From the NCBI GenBank assembly GCA_043196285.1, contig JBBYJL010000001.1, forward strand, positions 145-64,144: a stretch of DNA of 64,000 nucleotides, given 5' to 3'. Position numbers and translations under genes: made by a program. Position 1 is the first letter of the stretch. Each line of letters opens with the position of its first letter. The notes under the pieces were generated by a model, which saw only the letters and a program-made list of their open reading frames with translations, was not told where the DNA came from and did not search any database. Positions 46,858-57,873 of this stretch are shown one piece after another. This DNA comes from Thermoplasmataceae archaeon (lineage in GTDB: Archaea; Thermoplasmatota; Thermoplasmata; Thermoplasmatales; Thermoplasmataceae).

Positions 46858-47634
46858 TCATCCTAATATTCCTGCAAGATCTTCTCCCATGGACTTTATG
46901 GCATCGTCAGACGTCAATTTCAGGAATATATCCTCCAGTCTTTCTCCCGAACTCCTATCCCTGATCCTTATTTCCTCCATAGATCCCTCCTCAACAACGC
47001 TACCATGATAAAGTATTGAAATTTTCTGGCAAGTTGATTCAGCAATCTCTAGAACGTGGGTTGAAAACAATATGGTCTTCCCTCTCCCGGCAAGAGCACG
47101 AATCAGGTCCTTCACCACCCTTGACGATCTCGGATCGACACCCTTCAAAGCCTCATCAAGCACCAGAATCTGAGGGTCGTGAATGAGCGCAGAGGCAATG
47201 GAAACTTTTTGCCTGTTTCCAAACGAAAGTGATCCTATGGGTTCATTTACATAATCCATGAGCTCAAGTGCACTGAAGAGAGCCCCTGTTCTCTTTTCAA
47301 AGAGAATACGGTCAATTCTTCTTACGGAGGCCACGAACCCAAGATATTCTGAGGGGGTCATGGATTCATAAAGAACAGGATCTTCAGGCACATATCCAAT
47401 TAATTCCTTTAATTTTAAGGGAAATTCAGCAGGATCCATTCCCAGCACCCTAACAGAACCTGAGTCTCTGTGAGTTATGGCGCAGATTATCCTCATCAGG
47501 GTGGTCTTTCCGGAACCGTTTGGTCCAAGGATTCCCCAGACAACCCCAGATGGTATGTTCAGGTTGATGTTCTGTAAAGCCCTGACATTTCCATAGGATT
47601 TTGAAAGGTTAGCTATAGTCACAACGTTTTCCAT
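46858..47634 (-). CDS. ABC transporter ATP-binding protein (ABC-2/exporter type)
   Basis: 258 aa with Walker A GPNGSGKTT, signature LSFGNRQK and Walker B ILVLDEA. Confidence 0.9.
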   Translation of the reverse strand: MENVVTIANLSKSYGNVRALQNINLNIPSGVVWGILGPNGSGKTTLMRIICAITHRDSGSVRVLGMDPAEFPLKLKELIGYVPEDPVLYESMTPSEYLGFVASVRRIDRILFEKRTGALFSALELMDYVNEPIGSLSFGNRQKVSIASALIHDPQILVLDEALKGVDPRSSRVVKDLIRALAGRGKTILFSTHVLEIAESTCQKISILYHGSVVEEGSMEEIRIRDRSSGERLEDIFLKLTSDDAIKSMGEDLAGILG

Positions 47635-47709
47635 TCAATGCTAATGTCTCAAAGGAATAATGTATTTTTCCAACAGGATGATTTAAGCGATACCTAGGGC
47701 TTACCTGTT

Positions 47710-48348
47710 GTGCATGGTGAAAGATTGCAGTGTGGAATCGACGAGGCGGGGAGAGGTCCGGTAATCGGTCCAATGGTTATGTGTATTGTTTGCGGCGATG
47801 GAGAAAAACTTCAGAATACAGGTGCAAGGGATTCAAAGACGCTTTCCCCCGGCTCCAGGTCGTACATATATGACAGGATAAGACAGACAGCAGATCTGGT
47901 TGAAACCTTAGTGTTTCAGGCAAACGAAATAAGCGAAATGATGAGCAGGATGACGCTAAACGAGATAGAGCTTCACGGTGCGATTGAACTCCTGAAGTAT
48001 GCCATATACCCAACCTATGTTGACTCGTTCGATGTCAGTCCTGATCGCCTGGCACAATCTCTCACAGGGATCTCAGGCAAGGTCGTGATATGTGAACACA
48101 AGGCGGACAGCATCTATCCTTCAGTTTCTGCTGCGTCAGTTATAGCGAAGGTTGACAGAGACAGGGCGATCGAAACACTGAAAAAAGAATATGGTGATTT
48201 TGGGTCAGGTTACCCTTCAGATCCCCGTACAGTTAAGTTCATAGAAGAGTCACTTTCACATGGGCGATCTCTGGATCCAATAATTAGAACAACATGGGAA
48301 ACATTCAGAAGGATCAATTCCAGAAAAGGAAACTCGAAACTTCTGTGA
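47710..48348 (+). CDS. rnhB: Ribonuclease HII
   Basis: 212 aa with GIDEAGRGPVIGPMV and DSKTLSP. The start is uncertain: GTG 47710 or TTG 47725. Confidence 0.9.
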   Translation: MHGERLQCGIDEAGRGPVIGPMVMCIVCGDGEKLQNTGARDSKTLSPGSRSYIYDRIRQTADLVETLVFQANEISEMMSRMTLNEIELHGAIELLKYAIYPTYVDSFDVSPDRLAQSLTGISGKVVICEHKADSIYPSVSAASVIAKVDRDRAIETLKKEYGDFGSGYPSDPRTVKFIEESLSHGRSLDPIIRTTWETFRRINSRKGNSKLL

Positions 48349-48355
48349 AATCATG

Positions 48356-48407
48356 GGATGCAAAAGTGCATCCGAAAGTCCTGCCGATTTGCAAATATAG
48401 GCTTTTT
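48356..48407 (+). terminator. Hairpin GGATGC-AAAAGT-GCATCC followed by a T5 tract downstream of rnhB
   Basis: A perfect 6-bp stem (48356-48361 with 48368-48373) lies 8 nt after the rnhB stop. TTTTT is at 48403-48407. Confidence 0.3.
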
Positions 48408-48466
48408 GGAGATTTTCGCCATCTGGACTTGAGAACATATTTATAGAGATTAAAACTCTAGAGTCC

Positions 48467-49165
48467 GTGCCGAACGATTTTATATTGACAGACAAGACGG
48501 ATCAGGCAGACGACTATAATGAAAGAGGAATTTCATTCTTCAACCTCACTAAATACCCTGAAGCCATCAAAGAGTTCACGAAAGCCATCAAGTTGGTCTC
48601 AACAGATCCGGATTATTACTATAACAGGGGACTGACATACTATTCCATGAAAATGCTAGAACAGGCCATAAAGGACTACAGATCGGCTGTGGATATTAAT
48701 CCTGAAAATGCCGACTATCACAATGCACTTGCCTCGGCTCTCGAGGATCATGGCGATCTTAAAGAGGCGATGGAACATTTTAATGAGGCCATCAGGATTG
48801 AGGGTGACGTACCAGACTTTTATTATAACCGGGGAAATCTGTTCAGGAAAATGGGAGAGAACGAGAAAGCCCTTTCAGATTTCACTAAGGCGGTCGAACT
48901 GAATTCCGCTGACCAGATTTTCCTTTACAGGCATTATGAGATGCTGATGGACCTGGAAAGGTATGAGGAGGCAGCCAGAGACATGGATGTAGCCATTAAC
49001 CTTGTTCCTGGAAGCGCTTTTTTTGTGATATCCAAGGCAGATGCACTGGAGAAAGCAGGGAAAATCCATGATGCAGTAAAGCTTCTTGATAATATCCTTG
49101 AAACAGATCCCGACAACATTGATGTCAGGGAGAGAGCCAGCAGACTCAGGGAAAAGATCCACTAG
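48467..49165 (+). CDS. Tetratricopeptide (TPR) repeat protein
   Basis: 232 aa with repeats such as AIKEFTKAIKLVSTDPDYYYNRG, AIKDYRSAVDINPENADYH, AMEHFNEAIRIEGDVPDFYYNRG and ALSDFTKAVELNS. Confidence 0.8.
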   Translation: MPNDFILTDKTDQADDYNERGISFFNLTKYPEAIKEFTKAIKLVSTDPDYYYNRGLTYYSMKMLEQAIKDYRSAVDINPENADYHNALASALEDHGDLKEAMEHFNEAIRIEGDVPDFYYNRGNLFRKMGENEKALSDFTKAVELNSADQIFLYRHYEMLMDLERYEEAARDMDVAINLVPGSAFFVISKADALEKAGKIHDAVKLLDNILETDPDNIDVRERASRLREKIH

Positions 49166-50241
49166 AAGTAATCGGCTATATGATCCCCATATAAGATCTC
49201 CCTGGCATGCTCTATTTTTGATTCCAGGTCAGATCGGTCTTCTCCAATAAGGTTCACATGCCCCACTTTTCTTCTCCTGCGCACCTGTTTTCCATACCAG
49301 TATATTCTCGATCCATCTATATCCAGTATTTTTTCCCGGGTCTTGTTATCAAGATCTCTCCCCACTATGTTAAGTATGCCGCTGGGACAGAAGAGTCTGG
49401 GAGTCATAAGAGGAAGTCCTGCCACAGCTCTGATATGTTGCTCGAACTGAGATATCGACGATCCCAGCAGTGTGTGATGCCCGGAATTGTGAACCCTAGG
49501 TGCGAACTCGTTTATGATCGGTTTTCCCCCCTTAATGAAGAATTCTACAGAAAGAACGCCGATATAGTTAAGAGCATCAGACAATTTTGACGCAATCTCC
49601 CTCATGCCGTAATTCTGAACTGGAGATGAATTATAGAGAAGCATCCCAGAATAATTGACATTTAAGGATGGATCGAAGAATATCTTCTTTCCAGTTCTGT
49701 CCCTGGCCATAATTATGGACGCCTCAAAGTCATAATCAACGTATTCCTCAATCACATAAGTATCAGCAATCATGCTGAGATTATCCCTGTTCTTCTTGTC
49801 AATATATGCCTGACCCTTTCCATCATATCCCCCACTGGATGATTTCACGACTGCCTTTTCGAACATTCCGGCCTTCCTTCTTGCGTCATCGAGGCTGTTT
49901 GCGACGTAAAAATCAGCTATGGGAAAGCCATTGTTCCTGAGAAATTCCTTTTCCCTGTAGCGTTCCTTCTTAAGGTTGATTGCCAGAGAGTTCGGTGAAA
50001 GTTTTTGATCATTTTCAGCCCTTTTTATGGCAAGGTCACTGACATGCTCGAATTCATACGTGACAAAATCAGACGACCCGACAAACTCATTTTCAGACCC
50101 TGTGGTGAAAAATTTATCCGCCAGGGACGCGGCAGGACCAGGCTCAATATCAAATACATTAAAACCTATACCTAACGGTTTTGACTCAAGTATCATCATC
50201 CACCCTAACTGCCCTGATCCAATTATTCCGATCCTGTTCAA
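49162..50241 (-). CDS. purK: N5-carboxyaminoimidazole ribonucleotide synthase (PurK)
   Basis: 359 aa with an ATP-grasp layout, N-terminal [13 protein letters not shown] and C-terminal RKVGHVNL. Overlaps purE by 4 nt. Confidence 0.85.
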   Translation of the reverse strand: MNRIGIIGSGQLGWMMILESKPLGIGFNVFDIEPGPAASLADKFFTTGSENEFVGSSDFVTYEFEHVSDLAIKRAENDQKLSPNSLAINLKKERYREKEFLRNNGFPIADFYVANSLDDARRKAGMFEKAVVKSSSGGYDGKGQAYIDKKNRDNLSMIADTYVIEEYVDYDFEASIIMARDRTGKKIFFDPSLNVNYSGMLLYNSSPVQNYGMREIASKLSDALNYIGVLSVEFFIKGGKPIINEFAPRVHNSGHHTLLGSSISQFEQHIRAVAGLPLMTPRLFCPSGILNIVGRDLDNKTREKILDIDGSRIYWYGKQVRRRRKVGHVNLIGEDRSDLESKIEHAREILYGDHIADYF

Positions 50242-50708
50242 AGTCTGGTATCCCTCACCTTGCTATTTTCAGTCTTGCGGTAATCGGAAAGTTTCCTGCC
50301 TATTTCGGGATATTTGATTGCCAGTATTCTAAGTGCAAGCAGGGCAGCGTTTCTGGAATTCCCAATCGCAACTGTTCCTACAGGTACCCCGGAAGGCATC
50401 TGGACTATTGAAAGGAGAGAATCCAACCCTGAAAGGTGTTTAGTTGGTATCGGGACCCCTATCACAGGCAAAGCGGTCAATGATGCGGTCATGCCGGGGA
50501 GGTGTGCCGCACCTCCGGCACCAGCTATTATTACCTCTATTCCCCTGCTCTCTGCGCTGGTTGCGTATTCGAACATCAAATCCGGTGTCCTGTGTGCAGA
50601 AACTACTTTCTTTTCATAATCTACACCAAACAGATCCAGAATCTCAAAGGCACCGGTCATGTGCTCAAGGTCGCTGGAACTTCCCATTATAATTCCTATT
50701 TTCGGCAC
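50238..50708 (-). CDS. purE: N5-CAIR mutase (PurE)
   Basis: 156 aa with [16 protein letters not shown] and [10 protein letters not shown]. Confidence 0.9.
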   Translation of the reverse strand: MPKIGIIMGSSSDLEHMTGAFEILDLFGVDYEKKVVSAHRTPDLMFEYATSAESRGIEVIIAGAGGAAHLPGMTASLTALPVIGVPIPTKHLSGLDSLLSIVQMPSGVPVGTVAIGNSRNAALLALRILAIKYPEIGRKLSDYRKTENSKVRDTRL

Positions 50709-50748
50709 GTAATATAATCACATCATATTATACGTTTTTTCCTGCCGA

Positions 50749-51759
50749 TCATTTCAACTGCAAAGGAATTGACGCCTTCATAATCCGGTTCATGATGGCC
50801 AGTCCAATGCCATTTTCCGGGAACGTTTCAATGATTCCCATTGATTTTCCAGATCTGTCAAGTTCTCTAAAGGATCTGAACAGATTATGCGCAATAGTGT
50901 AAGGATCACTTCTCTTTCCGATTATTATTTTGTAGCCCTGCACATTTCTGCCTGTTTCTTCAGAACACAGGAAAGCGTATTTATCGCCTTCCTCGGTTTT
51001 GGACAGTTCAACAAGATTATCAGGACCGGTTCTGTAAAGAACCTTTTTTGGGGAGTAATGTCTGTACTTCATGCCTGGTGTCAGTGGAATCTTTACCTCT
51101 CCCACTATGTGCTCAACAATTATCTGGCCGAATGCATACTCCAGATCTTCAAGGGTAAAGGCACCAGGTCTCATTAGTCTGTACGGGCGAGATGTCATAT
51201 CTATTATTGTAGATTCAAGGCCATATTTTGGAGGTTCTCCCTCAATTATAACATCCACTTTACCATCGAGATCGTTAATAGCGTCAGCTGCGTCAACAAT
51301 GCTTGGTTCACCAGCCAGGTTTGCGCTTGGTGCTGCGATGGGAACTCCTGAAAGCCTGATAAGTTCACGGGCGATAGGGTTATCGGGGCATCTGACGACA
51401 ACAGTCTCAAGTCCAGCTGTGCACACACTAGATACGAGATTGTTCTTCTTCAGCATAATGGATAGAGGAGCAGGCCAAATTTTTGAAATCCTTTCAATAG
51501 GAATTTTTTGATCTGCAGAAATTACGCCGAATATGTCTTCCACGCCTGCAATATGGACAATAAGAGGATTATCGGCAGGCCTTCCCTTTGCAGCAAATAT
51601 CTTTCGGGATGCAACGTCAGAATATGCATTTCCTCCAAGTCCATAGACAGTTTCTGTTGGGAAAACGACTATACCGTCACTCCGGATGGCATCTGCCGCA
51701 ACAGCCATTTTTTTAGCATCTATGTTTTTCGAATCAATCCGTATGATTTCAGTTCTCAA
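50749..51759 (-). CDS. sua5: L-threonylcarbamoyladenylate synthase (Sua5/YwlC type, t6A pathway)
   Basis: 336 aa with the YrdC domain motif VVFPTETVYGLGGNA...KGRPADNPLIVH...APSAN and a C-terminal Sua5 domain. Confidence 0.85.
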   Translation of the reverse strand: MRTEIIRIDSKNIDAKKMAVAADAIRSDGIVVFPTETVYGLGGNAYSDVASRKIFAAKGRPADNPLIVHIAGVEDIFGVISADQKIPIERISKIWPAPLSIMLKKNNLVSSVCTAGLETVVVRCPDNPIARELIRLSGVPIAAPSANLAGEPSIVDAADAINDLDGKVDVIIEGEPPKYGLESTIIDMTSRPYRLMRPGAFTLEDLEYAFGQIIVEHIVGEVKIPLTPGMKYRHYSPKKVLYRTGPDNLVELSKTEEGDKYAFLCSEETGRNVQGYKIIIGKRSDPYTIAHNLFRSFRELDRSGKSMGIIETFPENGIGLAIMNRIMKASIPLQLK

Positions 51760-51820
51760 TATTTATCCAGGTTAGTGATGATTCTTTTATAATAGTTAAA
51801 AATTAGCATGATGATTTATC

Positions 51821-54223
51821 ATGGAAATATCAAGATATGACATAGAGCTGGATCTTTCGGAGGATCAGGACGAGTACCCGGGAATAGAAACAATTATGGT
51901 GAAGAGCTGGAGCGGGGATTTCTTCCTCCATGCAGTAAACATGGATATCCTTACCGTTGAGATAAACAGCGAGAAGAGTAAATTTGACTACGATAAGCAT
52001 TCAGGTGTAATAAAATTCAAAGATCAGGTCAGAGATGGATCAGAGATCAGGATCACATTCAATGGACACATTTCAGACAGTCTCATGGGGCTTTACAAAT
52101 GCAGGACTAACAACGGATACGCTCTGAGCACCCAGTTTGAATCAGTTGGTGCAAGGATGATGTTTCCGTGCAGGGACGAACCCGAGTACAAGGCAATATT
52201 TCATCTCAAGATCAGGATCCCGGAGGAATTCAGCGCCATTTCCAATATGCCGCCAATGAATTCAGGCAAAGAGGGGAATGTAAAGGTTGTAGAATTCGAG
52301 GATACCCCACGCATGTCCACATATCTGGTTTATGTTGGAGTAGGGAAATACTCGGAAGTTACAGATTCTTCCCAGAAACCCGACATAATCATGGCGTATC
52401 CAGGGAGCTCGATCCCAAGCACAAACTTCCCACTCGAGGTGGCCAGAAAATCCATTTCCTACTACGAGGACTATTACGGAATAAGGTATGCGCTTCCAAA
52501 GATGCATCTTCTCGGAATACCTGAATTCGGATCAGGTGCCATGGAGAACTGGGGGGCGATCACCTTCAGAGAAACCGCACTCTTTGTGAATAAGAATTCG
52601 AGTCAATCGACAAGGAAGTGGGTGTCGGATACCATTGCACACGAAATAGCGCACCAGTGGTTCGGGGATCTTGTGACAATGAAATGGTGGAACGACCTGT
52701 GGCTGAATGAAAGTTTTGCAACATTTATGTCATACAAGGCTGTAAACACAATCTATCCTGAATTTGATATGTGGGGCGATTTTGTCTCATCTGAGACTGC
52801 AATGGCAATGGCAGGAGACTCGCTCGAGAGCACGCACCCAATCAACGTTGAGGTTAAGGATCCGGAGGAGATAGCACAGATATTTGACGAAATAAGCTAC
52901 GGCAAAGGAGGAAGCGTACTGAGAATGATCGAATCCTACGTGGGAATTGAGAATTTCCGCAAAGGTATCTCACTGTACCTTAAGCAGCACTCCTACAAAA
53001 ACGCAAAGAACGAGGATCTATGGAACTCAATAGAAAAAGCATCAGGAATGCCGGTCACTGCAGTCATGTCACAATGGATAAATCGTCCCGGTTATCCGTT
53101 CATAAGCACGGAAAGAAGCAATGGCATGATTAGGCTCACACAGCAGAGATTTTTGCTCAACGGTAAAAGTTCTGATGAAACCTGGCCCCTTCCAGTCCTG
53201 ATCAGGAGAAGATCAGGTGTAGACAGTTTGCTGATGAACGAAAGATCAGTGGATATTCAAGGGGATGATATAGTTTCGTTGAACTATGATTCTATAGGCT
53301 TTTACAGGGTTCTATACGACGAGAAGACGCTGGAGGAAATACTGAAGAATTTGGACAAGATGAACAATCTGGAAAAGAGAGGTTTTCTTTCAGATACATT
53401 CGCTATGCTGCAATCCGGAAAAATTCCGTTTGATAAATACCTGTCAACGGTATCGAGACTCACAGAGGAGAAGAATTACCTGATACTTAAGGAAATAGCG
53501 TCACAACTCTATAATATGTACTCAATAGACCCTACCAGCAAACCTCTGCTGGACTTCTCCAGGAAATTCTACTCCACAGCACTGAAGAACCTCGGCTCAA
53601 AATCAAAGGATGAAGACATCAATATCTCGATTCTCAGGGGAGATTTAAGGGAGAAGCTGTCTGTGATTGATCAGGGGTTCGCCAAAAATCTAGCATCTGA
53701 TTTCAGGAATTTCTTCAGTATTGACGGCGAGTTGAGACGATCTGTTGCAATAGCATATGCTGTTGACACAAACGATTTTGAGGAGCTCTACAGCAGGTAC
53801 AAGGATGCAAAGACGGATGAGGACAAACTTTACCTTCTCTCGGGCCTCACATGGCTGAAAGGCAGGGCAAACTTCGAAAGAATAACAGAAATGCTACAGG
53901 AAGGAGAGATAAAGATGCAGGATTCGCTCAGGATTTATGCTGGGTTTATATATAACCCGGCTGCGAGAGAGTTCATGATAAGCATCTTTAAGTCAGCAGT
54001 GGAGACGCTTAGGAAAGTCTTTGAAGGCACGGGATATGCATCCCGTATAATCGAGGGTGCGCTGCCAATCCTGGGAATAGACCAGAGGGAAAAGATGCTA
54101 AGCCTCATTGAATCTGTGAAAGGACCAGACATTAAAAGTGGTATAAACAAGGGCATGGAGTACCTCGAAATAAACCTAAGGCTGAAGAATGCAATAGATG
54201 CCTACGCAATGAATGTCTACTGA
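51821..54223 (+). CDS. M1 family zinc aminopeptidase (tricorn-interacting factor F2/F3-like)
   Basis: 800 aa with exopeptidase motif GAMENWG and the zinc site HEIAHQWFGDLVTMKWWNDLWLNESFA. Confidence 0.9.
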   Translation: MEISRYDIELDLSEDQDEYPGIETIMVKSWSGDFFLHAVNMDILTVEINSEKSKFDYDKHSGVIKFKDQVRDGSEIRITFNGHISDSLMGLYKCRTNNGYALSTQFESVGARMMFPCRDEPEYKAIFHLKIRIPEEFSAISNMPPMNSGKEGNVKVVEFEDTPRMSTYLVYVGVGKYSEVTDSSQKPDIIMAYPGSSIPSTNFPLEVARKSISYYEDYYGIRYALPKMHLLGIPEFGSGAMENWGAITFRETALFVNKNSSQSTRKWVSDTIAHEIAHQWFGDLVTMKWWNDLWLNESFATFMSYKAVNTIYPEFDMWGDFVSSETAMAMAGDSLESTHPINVEVKDPEEIAQIFDEISYGKGGSVLRMIESYVGIENFRKGISLYLKQHSYKNAKNEDLWNSIEKASGMPVTAVMSQWINRPGYPFISTERSNGMIRLTQQRFLLNGKSSDETWPLPVLIRRRSGVDSLLMNERSVDIQGDDIVSLNYDSIGFYRVLYDEKTLEEILKNLDKMNNLEKRGFLSDTFAMLQSGKIPFDKYLSTVSRLTEEKNYLILKEIASQLYNMYSIDPTSKPLLDFSRKFYSTALKNLGSKSKDEDINISILRGDLREKLSVIDQGFAKNLASDFRNFFSIDGELRRSVAIAYAVDTNDFEELYSRYKDAKTDEDKLYLLSGLTWLKGRANFERITEMLQEGEIKMQDSLRIYAGFIYNPAAREFMISIFKSAVETLRKVFEGTGYASRIIEGALPILGIDQREKMLSLIESVKGPDIKSGINKGMEYLEINLRLKNAIDAYAMNVY

Positions 54224-54255
54224 TATTTCAGCCGGTAGATGACACCTGTTACAGC

Positions 54256-56379
54256 CTATCTTATTTTTGCTCCATCTTTTACATTTTTCTCTGGGAATGC
54301 TGATATACCATTCACGTTCAGCGGCAGATCTGTGCCATCAATGCTTGCGAATGCTCTAATATCCCCATCCACCCTATTCACATGAAGGTTAAATTTCGAC
54401 AGATCATCTATCTCCACCATGTTCTGACCGTTGAAAGAATATTCTCCCAAATCTACACTTGACCCGGGCTTGACATTATCCGGAAGTGTGATGAAACTGG
54501 TCACAGTCCCATCGTCTGCTGCCAGAAGCATACCTTCTGAGGTCTCCCCTCGTATTCTGGCTTTTTTGAGGTTTGAGACCACAACTATATTTCTGGAAAC
54601 CAGTTCTTCCGGTTTGTAGTGAGATCTAAGGCCGGCAACAAGATGAATCTTTCTGTCACCTAGATCAACTTCCAGAAGGTAGAGGCGATCTGCGGAAGGA
54701 TGATCCCTGACGGAAAGGATCTTCCCGACCCTCAGATCCAGGGAATTGGGGTTGTCATTCGGTATTTTCAATGGCACAAATGGCGGATTGGTCTTTTCAA
54801 GGTTGAGGTTGCTGAAATTATATGACAGATCTTCGACGCCATTCTTCTCAATCAGTGAAGTTCTTCCAAGGTTTTTCCATATTCTTGAAGCCGATGATGG
54901 AATTATTGGATAGATCATCACAGTAAGGTATGAAGAGAGCACATAGATGATGGAGAGCTTCTCAGCGCAACCAGCAGGATCGATCTTAAGTAACTTCCAT
55001 GGCTCAGACTCATTGAAATAGGCATTGGCAGACTGGACAAGATCAATCCATGTCTTCAGGGCCTTCTTCACCTCAACATTTTGCATGAAGTTCTTGTATT
55101 CATCGAACAGTGAAAACGCCTTCCTCAAAATCTCAAGGTCTTTCCCAAGTGGATTTTTAGGGTAGCTAAGGTTTATCCCGTTGTTGTGCACAAAAGAAGT
55201 GAGCCTGTGGATAAGATTTCCATATTTTGAGATCAACTCTGTGTTGACTTTATCTTCCATCTCGGTCACCGAGAACTCAGAGTCACCGTTTTCAGGAAGA
55301 ACTGAAGCAATGTAATAACGTATGTAATCCTTATCAGCTACCTTCAGCATCTCGTCTACAAGGAATCCAACTCCACGGCTCTTTGAAAATTTCTCTCCAT
55401 TGTATTTGAGATACTCATTTGCAGGTATATCGTAAGGGAGGTTCAGTTTTGCATTTCCCATCAGTATTGCCGGAAGCATGACAGAATGAAAAGGAATGTT
55501 ATCTTTTCCAAGGAAGAAATAAGATCTGGTATCACCAGTCCAGAACTGCTTCCAGTAGTCAGGTTCCCCGATGGACTTTGAGTAAATTTTCGCCGCTGAT
55601 ATATAACCTAGCAGAGCTTCGAACCATACATATATTCGCTTATTTTCATAACCTTTCAGCGGAATAGGGACGCCCCATGCGAGGTCCCTTGTTATGGGTC
55701 TCTCCTTTAGGCCCGATTCTATGAAATTCCTGGTAAAGGAGAGAACATTCGATCTCCAGTTCTTTCTTCCAGATACCCATTCAAGCAGGTCTTTCTGAAA
55801 CAGATCAAGTCTGAAGAAGAAATGTCGTGTTTCCCTGAATTCGGGGGTAGTTCCAGAAATAATGCAGATCGGGCTGATCAGATCTTTAGGATCAAGAGTT
55901 TTACCACAGTTATCACACTGGTCTCCCCGAGCTTTGTCATAACCACAATAAGGGCATGTTCCAGTAACGTACCTGTCAGGCAAAAACCTGTTACATTCTT
56001 TACAGTAGGGGGAAACCATTTCATGTTCCGACAGATACCCTTTATTCAGGAGGTCGAGGAATATCTCGCTTACGAATTCTGTATGTTCCTGGTAGGTAGT
56101 ACGTGAGAATATGTCGAATTTTATGTCCATTGCATTGAAGGATGCTTGAATTTCCCGGTGATATTTATCCGCTACAGCCTGGGGTGTTGTGTTCTCACTC
56201 TCGGCTTTAATGGTGATGGGAGTTCCGTATTCATCTGTCCCCGAAACAAATAATACGCTATTGCCCATCATTCTGTTGTACCTCACAAAGATATCACCGC
56301 CGAGGTAGCAGCCCGCAATGTGTCCCAGGTGAAGAGAGCTGTTTGCATAGGGCAAGGCACAGTTTACAAGAACCCTCAT
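54256..56379 (-). CDS. metG: Methionyl-tRNA synthetase with a C-terminal tRNA-binding (Trbp111/EMAPII-like) domain
   Basis: HIGH motif PYANSSLHLGHIAG, KMSKS motif KFSKSRG, a Cys-knuckle (CPYCGY...CDNCG), and the C-terminal LDLRVGKILSVRDHPSADRLY. I prefer ATG 56379; the track ORF extends to 56433. Confidence 0.9.
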   Translation of the reverse strand: MRVLVNCALPYANSSLHLGHIAGCYLGGDIFVRYNRMMGNSVLFVSGTDEYGTPITIKAESENTTPQAVADKYHREIQASFNAMDIKFDIFSRTTYQEHTEFVSEIFLDLLNKGYLSEHEMVSPYCKECNRFLPDRYVTGTCPYCGYDKARGDQCDNCGKTLDPKDLISPICIISGTTPEFRETRHFFFRLDLFQKDLLEWVSGRKNWRSNVLSFTRNFIESGLKERPITRDLAWGVPIPLKGYENKRIYVWFEALLGYISAAKIYSKSIGEPDYWKQFWTGDTRSYFFLGKDNIPFHSVMLPAILMGNAKLNLPYDIPANEYLKYNGEKFSKSRGVGFLVDEMLKVADKDYIRYYIASVLPENGDSEFSVTEMEDKVNTELISKYGNLIHRLTSFVHNNGINLSYPKNPLGKDLEILRKAFSLFDEYKNFMQNVEVKKALKTWIDLVQSANAYFNESEPWKLLKIDPAGCAEKLSIIYVLSSYLTVMIYPIIPSSASRIWKNLGRTSLIEKNGVEDLSYNFSNLNLEKTNPPFVPLKIPNDNPNSLDLRVGKILSVRDHPSADRLYLLEVDLGDRKIHLVAGLRSHYKPEELVSRNIVVVSNLKKARIRGETSEGMLLAADDGTVTSFITLPDNVKPGSSVDLGEYSFNGQNMVEIDDLSKFNLHVNRVDGDIRAFASIDGTDLPLNVNGISAFPEKNVKDGAKIR

Positions 56380-56485
56380 CTCTAATTCATTCTCCTTCCG
56401 GCTAATTTCTATCTCTGATTTCATTCTTTGCATAGGGAATATTCATTACGTAAAGCGGAGCAGAAAATCCTGAGGTTCACAACCT

Positions 56486-57730
56486 TTACCTGGTCATCCA
56501 ATTTCCCTGTTTCCAGAATGTAAAAAGGCCATATATTGCAGCCGCGAACATTAATACGAGCGCAATCGAACCATAGGCAAAGGTTTTGAGCTTCTCCTTT
56601 ACCATTGTAGCTGAGACTGCGATGCCAAACACGGCAGATCCAAAGATATTGGCAACGGTCGTGAAAACCCTGGCAAGTAAAAATTTATCAGCCACATGAA
56701 ACCCCATGAACGTACTCGTGAAAACAAAAACTGTGTATTTCTCAAGGAAATAAACATCAAGATGACCTATATGATGGTAAATCGGGATAAGGTAAAGACC
56801 AAACCTGAGAAAACCTATTATGAAGAGAAGCAGTGGAATTATGTAGACGTAGAATATCTCGAACGAATAGAACGATCCGGCCTTCTTCAGTGTGCCATTT
56901 TTCGCATCCCTGAAAAGAGAAACCCATCCAGTCCTGGACCATCTGACCTGTTGCTTGAAATAAGACTTGAAATCCTTCTGGCTCTTCGTGTTCACGGTCA
57001 CATTGAAATTTCTAGCAATTCTGTATCCACTATTAATGACAAAACTGCTCAGCTGCCTATCATCACCAAGCAGACTCCTCTTGCCCATTACCTTATAATC
57101 AGTGAATTCTTCGCTCAATATGAAGTCTCTAACGAGATTTGTCCGATAAACAGAACAGGCGCCATCGAGGTAAAGGACATTACCATGCATTGAAGTGGCC
57201 TTCAGTATAACCTCTCTGGCCCTCTCACCAAACTCAGAACTGTATGAAACTGCAGAACCGTTGTTGTCTATCTTGATCAGCCCGCTGACACCTCCAACAT
57301 CATCCTCAAATTTCTTGAGCAGTTCATTGACGCCATTGGGAGGCAGCACAGCATCACTGTCTACGAACATTACAAACGGTGTATCAACAAGCTTCATTGC
57401 ATATGCAATGGCCTTTCTCTTACCCTCTCTCTTTGCCTTGTAAAGAAAGGTTCCGCCAGAAGATTCGGTAATACCCCTGTAAGGTTCCAGAGAAGAGTCC
57501 CCGACAACTATGAACCTCGATCCCTGATAACGAAGGCCACCTATCACTCTTTCAAATGTACCCACATCTTCATTGTACACAGGAACTATTATGGTTACAT
57601 CCTTCGGGGAATAGCCCTCGACATTTACTTTATCATGGTAGAAAACAGAGCTGTAGGAATTGATCAGATAATAAATCAGGGAAATTACTGAAAATACGAA
57701 AACCAGGAAGTAAATGTAAAAAAATATCAT
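56486..57730 (-). CDS. Membrane-embedded family-2 glycosyltransferase of the processive synthase type
   Basis: 414 aa with an N-terminal TM helix, VPVYNED, FVDSDAV (DxD), GDDRQLS and QQVRWSRTGW (the QxxRW motif), followed by about 4 C-terminal TM helices. Confidence 0.8.
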   Translation of the reverse strand: MIFFYIYFLVFVFSVISLIYYLINSYSSVFYHDKVNVEGYSPKDVTIIVPVYNEDVGTFERVIGGLRYQGSRFIVVGDSSLEPYRGITESSGGTFLYKAKREGKRKAIAYAMKLVDTPFVMFVDSDAVLPPNGVNELLKKFEDDVGGVSGLIKIDNNGSAVSYSSEFGERAREVILKATSMHGNVLYLDGACSVYRTNLVRDFILSEEFTDYKVMGKRSLLGDDRQLSSFVINSGYRIARNFNVTVNTKSQKDFKSYFKQQVRWSRTGWVSLFRDAKNGTLKKAGSFYSFEIFYVYIIPLLLFIIGFLRFGLYLIPIYHHIGHLDVYFLEKYTVFVFTSTFMGFHVADKFLLARVFTTVANIFGSAVFGIAVSATMVKEKLKTFAYGSIALVLMFAAAIYGLFTFWKQGNWMTR

Positions 57731-57873
57731 AACTCTAATTATTTCAATTCAGGCTTAAACATTTAGGTACATTCAAACTTGCTAATTTTACATGATAATC
57801 ATCCAGAAGTAAATGAAAAATGATCATGAAAATAGTTACCAAGATTTAATTTTGATGGAAGGATTAGCCATAA

